From Gemmatimonadales bacterium (lineage in GTDB: Bacteria > Gemmatimonadota > Gemmatimonadetes > Gemmatimonadales > GWC2-71-9), in contig JBJXGT010000004.1 in assembly GCA_046160105.1 (NCBI GenBank), positions 2,816-66,815 of the forward strand: a stretch of 64,000 bases of DNA, written 5' to 3'. This document shows, one piece after another, positions 1-8,323 of this stretch. A model generated the notes under the pieces. It did no database searches. It was not told the DNA's origin and saw only the letters and a program-made list of their open reading frames with translations. Every line of letters starts with the position of its first letter. Within the stretch, counting starts at the first letter, position 1. A program made the position numbers and the translations under genes.

Positions 1-281
1 GGGTTGCTCGGCTCGCTTACGAGATCACCGTAACGACCGGTCCAGTACTATTGGTGGGTACGACGCCAATACCAGCCGCAGTCTATCGGCGCACCGATCA
101 CGTCGAGGTAACGTTTCCCAGTTTCATCTGGGTGGACTAATGGTCGCCGGCGAGTAGCCCTCGATCGCTCTGATCAGCAATGGGGCACTCCTTCAACTCC
201 AAACGCCTCCGGCAATCAGGCCGGGGCAACCGGTACGGCCCCGCGGGGCAGGCGATTGCGCCCCGCCTGATATCAAGTTTG

Positions 282-1331
282 TAGTGCAACAAACGGGGTC
301 AGGAGACATAGCATTCCTCCGGGGTGCGGTAGCCGAGGCGTTTGCGGGGACGACGGTTGAGTCGGCGGGCGATGGCGTGGCAGTCGGGCTGCGTGAGGGT
401 GCGCATGCTCTGGCCTTTCGGCAAGTACTGACGAATCAGGCCGTTGGTGTTCTCGTTGGTGCCCCGTTCCCAGGCGTGGTGCGGGGTGGCGAAGTAGAAA
501 CGGGCGGCGGTCTGGTGTTCGATCGCCCGGTAGCCGTGGAACTCCGTGCCGTTGTCGACCGTGATCGTGCGGACGGGTCGCCGCGCCGTTCGAATCAGCA
601 TGACGGCGCGGCGCGTGGTGGCGGCGACGGTGCGGGCGGCGAGTTTCCCGATCATCGTGTAGCCGCTCTTGCGGTCGACCAGGGTGAGAATGCAGTGGTG
701 ATCAGGACTCCCCATGACGGTGTCGCCTTCGAGGTGGCCCAGGCGGGTCCGATGCTCCGCGCCCGGCGGTCGGTCGGCGATCGCCCGCTTGCCCGCGAGC
801 CGCCCCCGACTGTCGTAGCGGCCGTAGCGTTTGCGACGCTGCTTCCGGGCCCCGCGGAGCTGCAGGTAAAGGACGCCACCGCGCGCTCGATCGTCCCAGA
901 TGTGGCGATAGATGGTTTCGTGGCTGATGGAGAGCGTCCCCTCCACGGCGAGCCGGCCCGCGATCTGTTCGGGGCTCCATCCCTCCGCCAGGCGCGCCCG
1001 GACGAGCTGCCAGGCCGCCGGCCCAAACCGCTGGTTCCGGCGGGACCGGGCGCGTCGGGCCGTGGCATAGGAGTGGGCCTTCTCGGCTCGATACCACCCG
1101 TCGTGGGCCGTGTGGTTGCGCTGCAACTCCCGCCCAACGGTGCTGCGGTGGCGCCCGAGGGTGGCGGCAATGGCCGCCGGGGCCCACCCCTGGCCGTGGA
1201 GGAGAGCGACGGTGTACCGTTCACTGGCGGTGATCTGACGATACGTCATGAGGCGCTTCCGTGTCTTGGCGGACGCTGAAGTCTACTCGCGGTCAGGTCA
1301 CCGCATTCCTTCGCCTCGTGTGTTGCACTTA
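282..1331 (-). mobile_element. IS30-family insertion sequence (about 1.05 kb)
   Basis: A single transposase ORF is bracketed by imperfect terminal inverted repeats: AGTGCAACAAACGG at 283-296 versus the reverse complement of 1316-1329 (AGTGCAACACACGA). Flanking DNA (1-280 and 1332-1400) is visibly more AT-rich. The ends are uncertain by a few bp, and no target-site duplication was recognised. Confidence 0.8.
299..1249 (-). CDS. IS30 family transposase
   Basis: 316-aa ORF. The N-terminal HTH region (SERYTVALLHGQGWAPAAIAATLGRHRSTVGRELQRN) and the C-terminal DDE integrase-like core (GHLEGDTV...DNGTEF...WERGTNENTNGLIRQYLPKG) are typical of IS30 transposases. Confidence 0.93.
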   Translation of the reverse strand: MTYRQITASERYTVALLHGQGWAPAAIAATLGRHRSTVGRELQRNHTAHDGWYRAEKAHSYATARRARSRRNQRFGPAAWQLVRARLAEGWSPEQIAGRLAVEGTLSISHETIYRHIWDDRARGGVLYLQLRGARKQRRKRYGRYDSRGRLAGKRAIADRPPGAEHRTRLGHLEGDTVMGSPDHHCILTLVDRKSGYTMIGKLAARTVAATTRRAVMLIRTARRPVRTITVDNGTEFHGYRAIEHQTAARFYFATPHHAWERGTNENTNGLIRQYLPKGQSMRTLTQPDCHAIARRLNRRPRKRLGYRTPEECYVS

Positions 1332-1358
1332 GTATATGAATCCACGATCACAAAGACG

Positions 1359-1703
1359 ATGAACGGGTGTACGGTTACCGAGTCGTGGACCTCGAGCGCA
1401 GGAGGCCGTGGTTTTAGCCTGTTCTACCTACGTCCGGGCAGCCGATCCTGGCGTCAGGTATGGGTCACGACGACTGCGCTGGCCGTGGGAGGAACAAAGG
1501 AGAAGGACCTCATTGCACGCTTGCCGAACGGCGGCCTCCGGTTCCAGGGTGAGATCCCCCTCGCCGAAGGCGGGACCTACCTGGATCGGACAACCCTGAT
1601 ACCATTGGGTCGCGACAGCGTCCGCCAGTTGATCGAGGTGTCGCAGACGGCCGGCCGCGAGTGGCGCGCGGTGTTCGACGGGTTGTACGTGCGCCGCCGT
1701 TAG
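1359..1703 (+). CDS. hypothetical protein, possibly a 5-prime-truncated remnant next to the IS
   Basis: The ORF in the track (1248..1703) begins inside the IS right end. The first ATG outside the IS is at 1359. No family was recognised, and the stop is 1 nt before the kinase start. Confidence 0.4.
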   Translation: MNGCTVTESWTSSAGGRGFSLFYLRPGSRSWRQVWVTTTALAVGGTKEKDLIARLPNGGLRFQGEIPLAEGGTYLDRTTLIPLGRDSVRQLIEVSQTAGREWRAVFDGLYVRRR

Positions 1704-1704
1704 G

Positions 1705-4344
1705 ATGACCACCCCCGTGGAGCGACTCCGCGCCGCCCTGGCCGATCGCTACCGCCTGGACCGGGAGATCGGCGCCGGCGGGATGGCCACGGTCTATCTC
1801 GCCCAGGACATCAAGCACGACCGGCCGGTCGCCCTCAAGGTGCTTCGCCCCGAGCTCGCGGCCCTCATCGGCGCCCAGCGTTTCCTGCAGGAAATCAAGA
1901 TCACCGCCAACCTCCAGCATCCCCACATCCTCGGGCTGATCGACTCAGGGGAGGCCGAGCATCAGCTCTGGTACGTCATGCCGTTCGTGGACGGCGAGTC
2001 ACTCCGGGACCGGATCAGCCGGGAAAAGCAACTTCCGGTCGCCGACGCGGTCCGGCTCGCCATCGAGGTGGCGAGTGCCCTCGACTACGCCCACCGACAC
2101 GGGGTAATCCACCGCGACGTCAAGCCGGAGAACATTCTGCTGCACGACGGGCGAGTCCTGGTGTCCGACTTCGGTATCGCCCTCGCGGCCAGCAAGGCCA
2201 GTGCCGGCCGGATGACCGAAACCGGCCTGTCCATCGGTACGCCGCACTACATGAGCCCTGAACAAGCGATGGGGGAGCGGGAGATCACCGGACGCAGCGA
2301 CGTCTACTCCCTCGGCTGTGTGCTGTACGAAATGCTGATCGGCGAGCCGCCGTTCAGCGGACCCACAGCTCAGGCCATCGCCGCCAAGGTCATGACCAGC
2401 GAGCCCGCTCCCCTGACCACGCAGCGCAAGACCATTCCAGCGTCCGTCGAGGCCGCCGTGCTCCAGGCCCTGGAGAAACTGCCGGCGGATCGTTTCGGGA
2501 GCGCTGCCGACTTCGCCGCGGCACTGCAGGCTCCGTCGTTCAACTCCGCCGCGCCGAGGACCGCCGCTGCCGGCCGGCGGCGCTCCCTGGTTCCTCCGTG
2601 GTTGCCCTGGACCCTCACGCTTGGCGCACTCGGCCTCCTGGCGTTCGAGTGGCTTCGGCAACCACCGTCACCACCGGTGCCACCCGTCCAGCGGTTCGAC
2701 ATCCTCTTACCCGACAACGCCGCGTTGGTGGACGAGTCCGGCAGTGGCATCGCCCTCTCCCCTGACGGCACCCTGCTCGCCTACACCGGCCAGGATTCGA
2801 GCGCCCAGCGGTGGCTGTACCTGCGCGCCATGGATCGGCTCGACCCGGTCCGAATTCCCGGAAGCGCGAGTGGGGGCAATCCATTCTTCTCCCCGGACGG
2901 TCGCTGGGTGGGCTTCATCCAGCAGGGAATCGTGAAGGCCCGCGTCGCGGGCGGGCTGCCGGAGGCGATTTGTCGGTCCCTTGCCGGGGGCGGCTACGTG
3001 AACGAGACCTGGCTGGAAAGCGGCGCCGTCATTTTCGCCGACGGAACTCCGCCCGGCCTCCGACAGTGCTCCCCGACGGGTGAGGTAACCACCCTGCTCG
3101 CCAGCGACTCGACGCAATCCTTCAACTTCCCTCATGCCCTGCCTGGCGATCGAGCCGTGCTCTTCACCATCCGGCGCGGTCAAGCGGAGCGCCTGGCCGT
3201 GATAGAACTGGGAACCAAGAAGGTGAAATCGTTTGAGCTCCAGGGCACCGATCCCCGCTACGTCGCAACCGGCCACGTGGTGTATGCGAGCCCTGACGGG
3301 GTCATTCGCGCCGTCGCATTCGACCCGAAATCGCTCTCGACCTCGGGGGAGCCGGTGGTCATCGCCGAGGGAGTGCGCATTGGAAGCTCAGGAAAGGCGA
3401 TGCTGGCGGTGTCACGGGGCGGAACCATCGTGGCCGCGGGCGCGGCAGCAAGCCGTCGGGCGCTCGAGCTCGTGGACCGGAACGGTCGCGGCGAGCGGCT
3501 TCATCCCGGGGTGGGAGTGTTTCAAGATCCCCGATTTTCGCCGGATGGCGGGCGGATCGCCGTAGGCTTGGGCGCCGACATCTGGGTGCTCGATCGCCCC
3601 CAGGGGGTGTTAACCCGCCTGTCGTTCGACAGCTCCGCCAGCCGGCCGGTCTGGAGCCATGATGGGCGGCAGGTCGCCTATGTTCGGGAGAACGGCGCAC
3701 AGGTCAATATCCGGTTCGTCAACTCGGACGGCAGCGCCCCGGCCGAGTCGCTCCTCGCCATGCCGGAGTTCGGGCTTTGGGAGGCCCTCTTTGCACCGGA
3801 CGGCCGTACCCTCGTCGTGCGCACTACCGGCGGCCCGAGCAACCGGGATCTGTGGCGGGTACCACTCGACTCGCCGCCGCAGCTCCGGGCGCTGCTTCGT
3901 GGTCCAGCCGACGAGGTGTCACCCTCCCTCTCGCCGGACGGTCGCTGGCTGGCCTACGCGTCCAACGAATCGGGGCGCTACGAGGTTTATGTTCGCTCCT
4001 TTCCGGCGATGCAGGGGCGGTCCTTGGTCTCCCTCGATGGCGGCACGGTTCCGGTGTGGTCTCCACGCGGCGACGAGCTGTTCTATCGGAATGGTCCAGC
4101 ACTGGTGGCGGCGGCGGTGCGCTCCGGGCCTACCTTTGAGGTCCTCCGCCGAACCGTGCTCTTCTCGAATGGCGATTACCTGAGTGACCCCACCCATCAG
4201 GGGTTCGACGTGTCGCCAGACGGTCAGCACTTCGCCATGGTCCGCAATCTCGGTGGTGCGAGCCGCCTAACGGTAATCCTCCACGTATTCGAGAATCTCG
4301 GGTCGGGCGCGACAGGTGCAGCGTCCGGCCTCCGCCCGCGATGA
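1705..4344 (+). CDS. Ser/Thr protein kinase with TM segment and C-terminal PD40/TolB-like beta-propeller
   Basis: 879 aa. Hanks kinase motifs are present (GAGGMATVY, VALKV, HRDVKPENILL, DFGIA, SPEQ). These are followed by a hydrophobic segment (WLPWTLTLGALGLLAF) and repeated FSPDG/SLSPDGRW PD40-type motifs. Confidence 0.92.
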   Translation: MTTPVERLRAALADRYRLDREIGAGGMATVYLAQDIKHDRPVALKVLRPELAALIGAQRFLQEIKITANLQHPHILGLIDSGEAEHQLWYVMPFVDGESLRDRISREKQLPVADAVRLAIEVASALDYAHRHGVIHRDVKPENILLHDGRVLVSDFGIALAASKASAGRMTETGLSIGTPHYMSPEQAMGEREITGRSDVYSLGCVLYEMLIGEPPFSGPTAQAIAAKVMTSEPAPLTTQRKTIPASVEAAVLQALEKLPADRFGSAADFAAALQAPSFNSAAPRTAAAGRRRSLVPPWLPWTLTLGALGLLAFEWLRQPPSPPVPPVQRFDILLPDNAALVDESGSGIALSPDGTLLAYTGQDSSAQRWLYLRAMDRLDPVRIPGSASGGNPFFSPDGRWVGFIQQGIVKARVAGGLPEAICRSLAGGGYVNETWLESGAVIFADGTPPGLRQCSPTGEVTTLLASDSTQSFNFPHALPGDRAVLFTIRRGQAERLAVIELGTKKVKSFELQGTDPRYVATGHVVYASPDGVIRAVAFDPKSLSTSGEPVVIAEGVRIGSSGKAMLAVSRGGTIVAAGAAASRRALELVDRNGRGERLHPGVGVFQDPRFSPDGGRIAVGLGADIWVLDRPQGVLTRLSFDSSASRPVWSHDGRQVAYVRENGAQVNIRFVNSDGSAPAESLLAMPEFGLWEALFAPDGRTLVVRTTGGPSNRDLWRVPLDSPPQLRALLRGPADEVSPSLSPDGRWLAYASNESGRYEVYVRSFPAMQGRSLVSLDGGTVPVWSPRGDELFYRNGPALVAAAVRSGPTFEVLRRTVLFSNGDYLSDPTHQGFDVSPDGQHFAMVRNLGGASRLTVILHVFENLGSGATGAASGLRPR

Positions 4345-4496
4345 GCGCCGTAGTAGGCGCCACGGCCACCACCGGATATGAGCCGGGCGGTGGGGTCAGA
4401 CCGCAACACGCTCTGCGCTCCTCAGGGGAGCCTTCCGCTCCATCCGTTTCCGTCCCCATACCCGTTGTATGGATAGGCACCAACGCGGGAGGAAAC

Positions 4497-4688
4497 GTGC
4501 TACTCGAGGACAAGACAGGCCATCGTCTTCGCCGCCACCGGCGCGACTGGCTCGGCCGTTGCCCGGCGCTTTGCCGGCGACGGTGCCCGGAAACGGGGGA
4601 GGCCGTCGCCTACATGGCGTCCGACCGGGCGAGCGGCAGGGCCGGTCAGGTGATCGGCGTATGGGCCGGCTCGATCGTGTCCCGATGA
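4497..4688 (+). pseudogene. relic of a short-chain dehydrogenase/reductase (SDR) gene
   Basis: GGGAGG lies 4 nt before a GTG at 4497. After VLLEDKT, a +1 shifted frame reads AIVFAATGATGSAVARRFAGDGA (Rossmann glycine motif). The starting frame then ends with GEAVAYMASDRASGRAGQVIGV, an SDR C-terminal LASD..TGQ-type motif. The roughly 200 codons normally between these two motifs are missing. Confidence 0.5.
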
Positions 4689-5488
4689 TCGGGCCAAGAG
4701 CGGCGCTTGCCGCGGTCAGGGGCGCCGGTTCAATTGGAGGCGTGCCCCCAGCGCCCGATCGCCTCGCCACGGCCTATCAGGAATCCCGGAAGGATCTCCT
4801 GGGCTACCTCACCCGGATGGTCGTGCGGGTGGACGTGGCGGAAGAGCTGGTCCAGGAGGCAGCCTTGCGATTGCTCCAGGCGGAGAAGCCGCCCGCTGAC
4901 GCCGAGGGAACGCGGGCGTGGCTGTTCCGGGTTGCGACGAACCTCGCGATCGACCATCTCCGACGCCACAGCACCTGGCGCGAGACCGTCTTGATCGACG
5001 CTCGGGAGCGCGCGAAGGTGGATCAGGCGTTCGTCGCCGAGTCCCGGCTCCTCACCGGGTCGCCCGAGATGCGCGCGATCGCGCGCGAGCATCTCGCGGT
5101 CTGCTTCTCCTGCACCTTGCGCAACGTCCCCCCCGAGCAAGCGGCTGCGCTGCTCCTCGCGGAGGTGTACGGATTCACGGTTCGCGAGGCCGCCGAGATC
5201 CTGGGTGCGACCTTCGGACAGGCGAAACACTGGATCCAGGCCGCTCGCGCCACATTGCAGGAGAAGTACGCCACGACCTGCGCCCTGATCACCAAGCAGG
5301 GGGTCTGCTACCAGTGCGTCGAGCTGAGCGAGTTCTTTACCGGCCGCAAGGACAATCCGCTCGACGGCACGACCAAGGACGTCGACGCCCGCCTCGCGAT
5401 CTTGCGCGAGCGCCGCGCCGCCGAGCTCGGCCCCTGGCATCGCCAGATGATGCGGATCGTCGATGACATCCTCGGCACGTCCGAGTAG
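4685..5488 (+). CDS. ECF-type RNA polymerase sigma-70 family factor with Cys-rich C-terminal extension
   Basis: Sigma-2 region (AEELVQEAALRLL...WLFRVATNLAIDHLRR) and sigma-4 HTH (LLLAEVYGFTVREAAEILGATFGQAKHWIQAAR) are both present. An extra tail of about 90 aa carries C-x8-C-x2-C, and CFSC sits in the linker. The start is uncertain (ATG 4661, ATG 4685 or GTG 4742). Confidence 0.85.
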   Translation: MIGPRAALAAVRGAGSIGGVPPAPDRLATAYQESRKDLLGYLTRMVVRVDVAEELVQEAALRLLQAEKPPADAEGTRAWLFRVATNLAIDHLRRHSTWRETVLIDARERAKVDQAFVAESRLLTGSPEMRAIAREHLAVCFSCTLRNVPPEQAAALLLAEVYGFTVREAAEILGATFGQAKHWIQAARATLQEKYATTCALITKQGVCYQCVELSEFFTGRKDNPLDGTTKDVDARLAILRERRAAELGPWHRQMMRIVDDILGTSE

Positions 5489-6329
5489 CGCCGCGGGCGT
5501 GGCCCTGACCCGCCGCCACGAGCTGGGCCTCAGCTTCCTCGAGGCGGGCCACGGGACCCCCGTGGTCCTCCTGCACGGCATTCCCGGCTCCGCGCTCGCC
5601 TGGGCGACCGTCGGCGAGCGGCTGGCTGGGGATTACCGCGTGGTGATGCCCGACCTCCTCGGCTTCGGTCGGTCCGATCCACCGAGCGGGGACTACTATA
5701 TGGAGGCGCAGGCTCACCGGGTCCGGGAGCTGCTCGAGCGCCTCGATATCGCGGAGTTCGTGCTCGGGGGTCACGATTTCGGCGGTCCGATCGCCCTGAC
5801 CCTGCGGCGCCTCTACCCCGAGCTGCGGATTCGAGCGCTGATACTGTCCGCGACCAACCTCTTCACGGATACCTACGTCCCACCGCCGCTCCGTCTCGCC
5901 CGTTTCCCATCGTTCGGCACGCCGTTGTTCTGGCTCTTCGCGGGAAACCGCTGGGGATTGCGGCTGATGTACGAGGCCGCGACCGTGCAGAAGCGGGAGG
6001 TCCCGTGGGATCGGTTTCGCCGCCACCTCACGGCGTCCGGCGTGGATCTGACCCGGCGGATCTTTCAGCGCAGTCTCGGCGATCTCGAGACCAACTATCG
6101 GGCGATCGAGACGCTCCTGCCCGACCTCGGGGTGCCGACGCTCGTCCTGTGGGGAGACCGCGATCCCTTTTTCGGGGTGTCGGTCGGGGAGCGGAGTCAT
6201 CGGGCGATTCCGGGCTCGGTCTTCCGGGTATTCCCCGAGACGGGCCATTTCGTCCCGGAGGAACAGCCCGGCCGTGTCGCGGACGAGATCCACGAGTTTC
6301 TAGCGGCGGTGAAATTGAGATGCACATGA
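5463..6329 (+). CDS. alpha/beta hydrolase (haloalkane dehalogenase/epoxide hydrolase-like, Asp nucleophile)
   Basis: VVLLHGIPGS...PDLLGFGRSD...GGHDFGGPIA nucleophile elbow, with a C-terminal GHFVPEE. The start overlaps the end of the sigma gene by 26 nt; an alternative GTG start is at 5499. Confidence 0.85.
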   Translation: MTSSARPSSAAGVALTRRHELGLSFLEAGHGTPVVLLHGIPGSALAWATVGERLAGDYRVVMPDLLGFGRSDPPSGDYYMEAQAHRVRELLERLDIAEFVLGGHDFGGPIALTLRRLYPELRIRALILSATNLFTDTYVPPPLRLARFPSFGTPLFWLFAGNRWGLRLMYEAATVQKREVPWDRFRRHLTASGVDLTRRIFQRSLGDLETNYRAIETLLPDLGVPTLVLWGDRDPFFGVSVGERSHRAIPGSVFRVFPETGHFVPEEQPGRVADEIHEFLAAVKLRCT

Positions 6330-7357
6330 CCAGGAGGCGAAGGCGCGAGGTATTCGTGGCCATCCTGCTGGCGGCCGTCGCGCATGGCCTCGCCTCGGCG
6401 CAAGCGTCGCAGTTCACCGAACGGGAAGTCACCTTCCGGAACGGTTCTGTCGAACTCCGGGGCACTCTCATGCTTCCGGTCGTGAAGGGTCGGCATCCGA
6501 CGGTAGTCTTTCTCCACGGGTCAGGGCCCGCAACGCGCGCGGGCGCCCGCAGGTACGCCGAAGAGTTCGCAACCATCGGTGTGGCGAGTCTTTTCTTCGA
6601 CAAAAGAGGCTCCGGTTCTTCCACTGGATCGTGGATTACTTCCTCGCTCGACGATCTGGCCGCGGATGCGCTTGCGGCCGTCGAGTATCTGAAGACACAG
6701 GAAGGAGTTGACCCCGGGCGGATCGGGTTCTGGGGGGTGAGTCAGGCCGGCTGGGTCGCGACACTCGCCGCCTCCCAGTCACAGGACGTGGCCTTCATGA
6801 TCCTGATATCAGGCGGTGGCGTGAGCCCGCGCGAATCCGAGCTCTTTTCGTACCAGCAGGCCTTCAAGCAAGCTGGGCTGTCCGAGGCAGAAACGGTCGC
6901 CGCATTCGGGATCCTCGACATGTACTTCGGCTATCTGGCAACAGGAGAAGGACGGTCCCAGCTGGTTGCGCGCCTGAAGGCTGCTGACACCGGCAGATTA
7001 TCCCCGCTGGCACAGCAGCTGAATCAAATCCTGCCTTCTGACGAGAACCGAGCGACCTGGCAATGGGTAGCCACATGGGATCCCGGTCCATTGATAGCGA
7101 GGATCAAATGCCCGGTTCTGCTCATGTTCGGCGATCGTGACACGGATCATCCGACGGCCGCAGCGATTCAGAAATGGCGAGACGGGTTGATGCAGGCGGG
7201 CAACGACCAGGCGACGACCATGGTATTTCCCGGTGCGGGGCACGGCATCCGCATGCGTGAGGGATACACCGGCACGGGTCGTCCCCCGTTCGCGGACGGC
7301 TACGCGGACGTGATGGTCGGTTGGCTTTGGCGTCACGTCATTTTTGGCAAGGAGTGA
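6320..7357 (+). CDS. secreted alpha/beta hydrolase (dienelactone hydrolase / S9-like)
   Basis: Signal peptide MHMTRRRRREVFVAILLAAVAHGLASAQA, then VVFLHGSGP, a GVSQAG (GxSxG) nucleophile elbow, and GDRDTDHP...GAGHG. It uses many A/T-ending and rare codons (aga, tta, ata) compared with its neighbours. Confidence 0.8.
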   Translation: MHMTRRRRREVFVAILLAAVAHGLASAQASQFTEREVTFRNGSVELRGTLMLPVVKGRHPTVVFLHGSGPATRAGARRYAEEFATIGVASLFFDKRGSGSSTGSWITSSLDDLAADALAAVEYLKTQEGVDPGRIGFWGVSQAGWVATLAASQSQDVAFMILISGGGVSPRESELFSYQQAFKQAGLSEAETVAAFGILDMYFGYLATGEGRSQLVARLKAADTGRLSPLAQQLNQILPSDENRATWQWVATWDPGPLIARIKCPVLLMFGDRDTDHPTAAAIQKWRDGLMQAGNDQATTMVFPGAGHGIRMREGYTGTGRPPFADGYADVMVGWLWRHVIFGKE

Positions 7358-7787
7358 ACACTTCCAGCGCGGTCTAGGCCGGCGTTGGGGCGGCAGTAGG
7401 GTAGTCCCCCGACGTGACACGGGGAGCCGGCGAGCTTAGACCTGGACCTGCGAGCCAACCGAGCATCCCAACCCAGTCCTCGAAGGGGTCAGGTACAGCG
7501 TTGCACCGGTCGAGGGCCCCGAGCCTGGAGACCTGCGGTCGTTGAAGACCGCCGCGCGCGGGCGGTCAGAGGAGGCCACTCGATCTGACGGCGAGCCGAT
7601 CCCCCCGGGAGGCTGAGAACCGTCGGGCCCCCCAAGGGCCCATCAATGCGCCGTGCTGATCCCAGTCTCCCGCAGTCGGCGAGCCCTCGGCTGGCGCTCA
7701 CCCCACCCGCACGGCTACGTTGAGAGTACAAGGGGATTCCTATCCCGTGACCGCAGTTCCGAGCGGTACCGCCTCCCACGGCAGGGC

Positions 7788-8069
7788 GTGTTCGTGACTG
7801 ACGTCCGGGAGCGGCTCGCGGCAGCCGTCGCCGGTCGCTATCGTGTCGACCGGGAAGTAGGCGGGGGCGGTATGGCGACCGTCTTCCTCGCAGAAGATCT
7901 GAAGCACCATCGACAGGTCGCCGTCAAAGTACATCGTCCCGACCTCGCCGCCGCGATCGGCTCCGAGCGCTTTCTTCGAGAGATCGAGGTCGCCGCTCGA
8001 CTCGCCGGGACGATACTTCTCTTCAGTCGTGATCTGGAGTTGCGCAGCCTCAGGACATACCTGTCGTGA
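7788..8069 (+). pseudogene. N-terminal fragment of a Ser/Thr protein kinase (truncated after subdomain III)
   Basis: RERLAAAVAGRYRVDREVGGGGMATVFLAEDLKHHRQVAVKVHRPDLAAAIGSERFLREIEVAARL is collinear with the first 70 or so residues of both intact kinases in this window. Similarity ends near 8003, and the frame stops at 8069 without a catalytic loop. Confidence 0.7.
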
Positions 8070-8323
8070 GGCGCAGGGACCGGCATGGGCGGCCCTACCC
8101 GACCCAGGGCTCGGCCGGCCGGACCTCAAGGGCCTCAAACCACCTGCGGCCCAACCCAGTGTTGCTTCGGAAGGGCGGGGCAAGCGGCGGCGTGACCAGT
8201 CGCGGCCGCGTCCGTAAGTTGGTCGGGAGGTTGCCGCGGCCGCTCGGCTCCGGGAGCGCGCCCGCCGGTGAACACTACGTCGTTAGCCAGACACGACGTG
8301 TCATGCGACCGAGGAGTGGACGG

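Noticed and set aside
271-1340. Target-site duplication flanking the IS30 element.
   Set aside because: The bases flanking the inferred inverted-repeat ends (TTGT on the left, TAG/TAT on the right) do not repeat. The exact ends are also uncertain, so no duplication is claimed.
7358-7790. A structured RNA gene (RNase P, tmRNA, SRP or 6S) in the 430-nt GC-rich gap.
   Set aside because: None of the hallmark motifs was found by eye (GAGGAAAGUCC, GGGGCUGAUUCUGGAUUCGAC, or the SRP GGAA/AGCAG loop). The more parsimonious reading is decayed coding DNA next to the kinase relic.
7421-8180. Shared short motif (GGACCT...CCCAACCCAGT...TCGAAGGG) on both sides of the kinase relic, which might be ends of a mobile element.
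   Set aside because: Only about 11 contiguous matching bases with loose flanks. This is too weak to call without a computed alignment.
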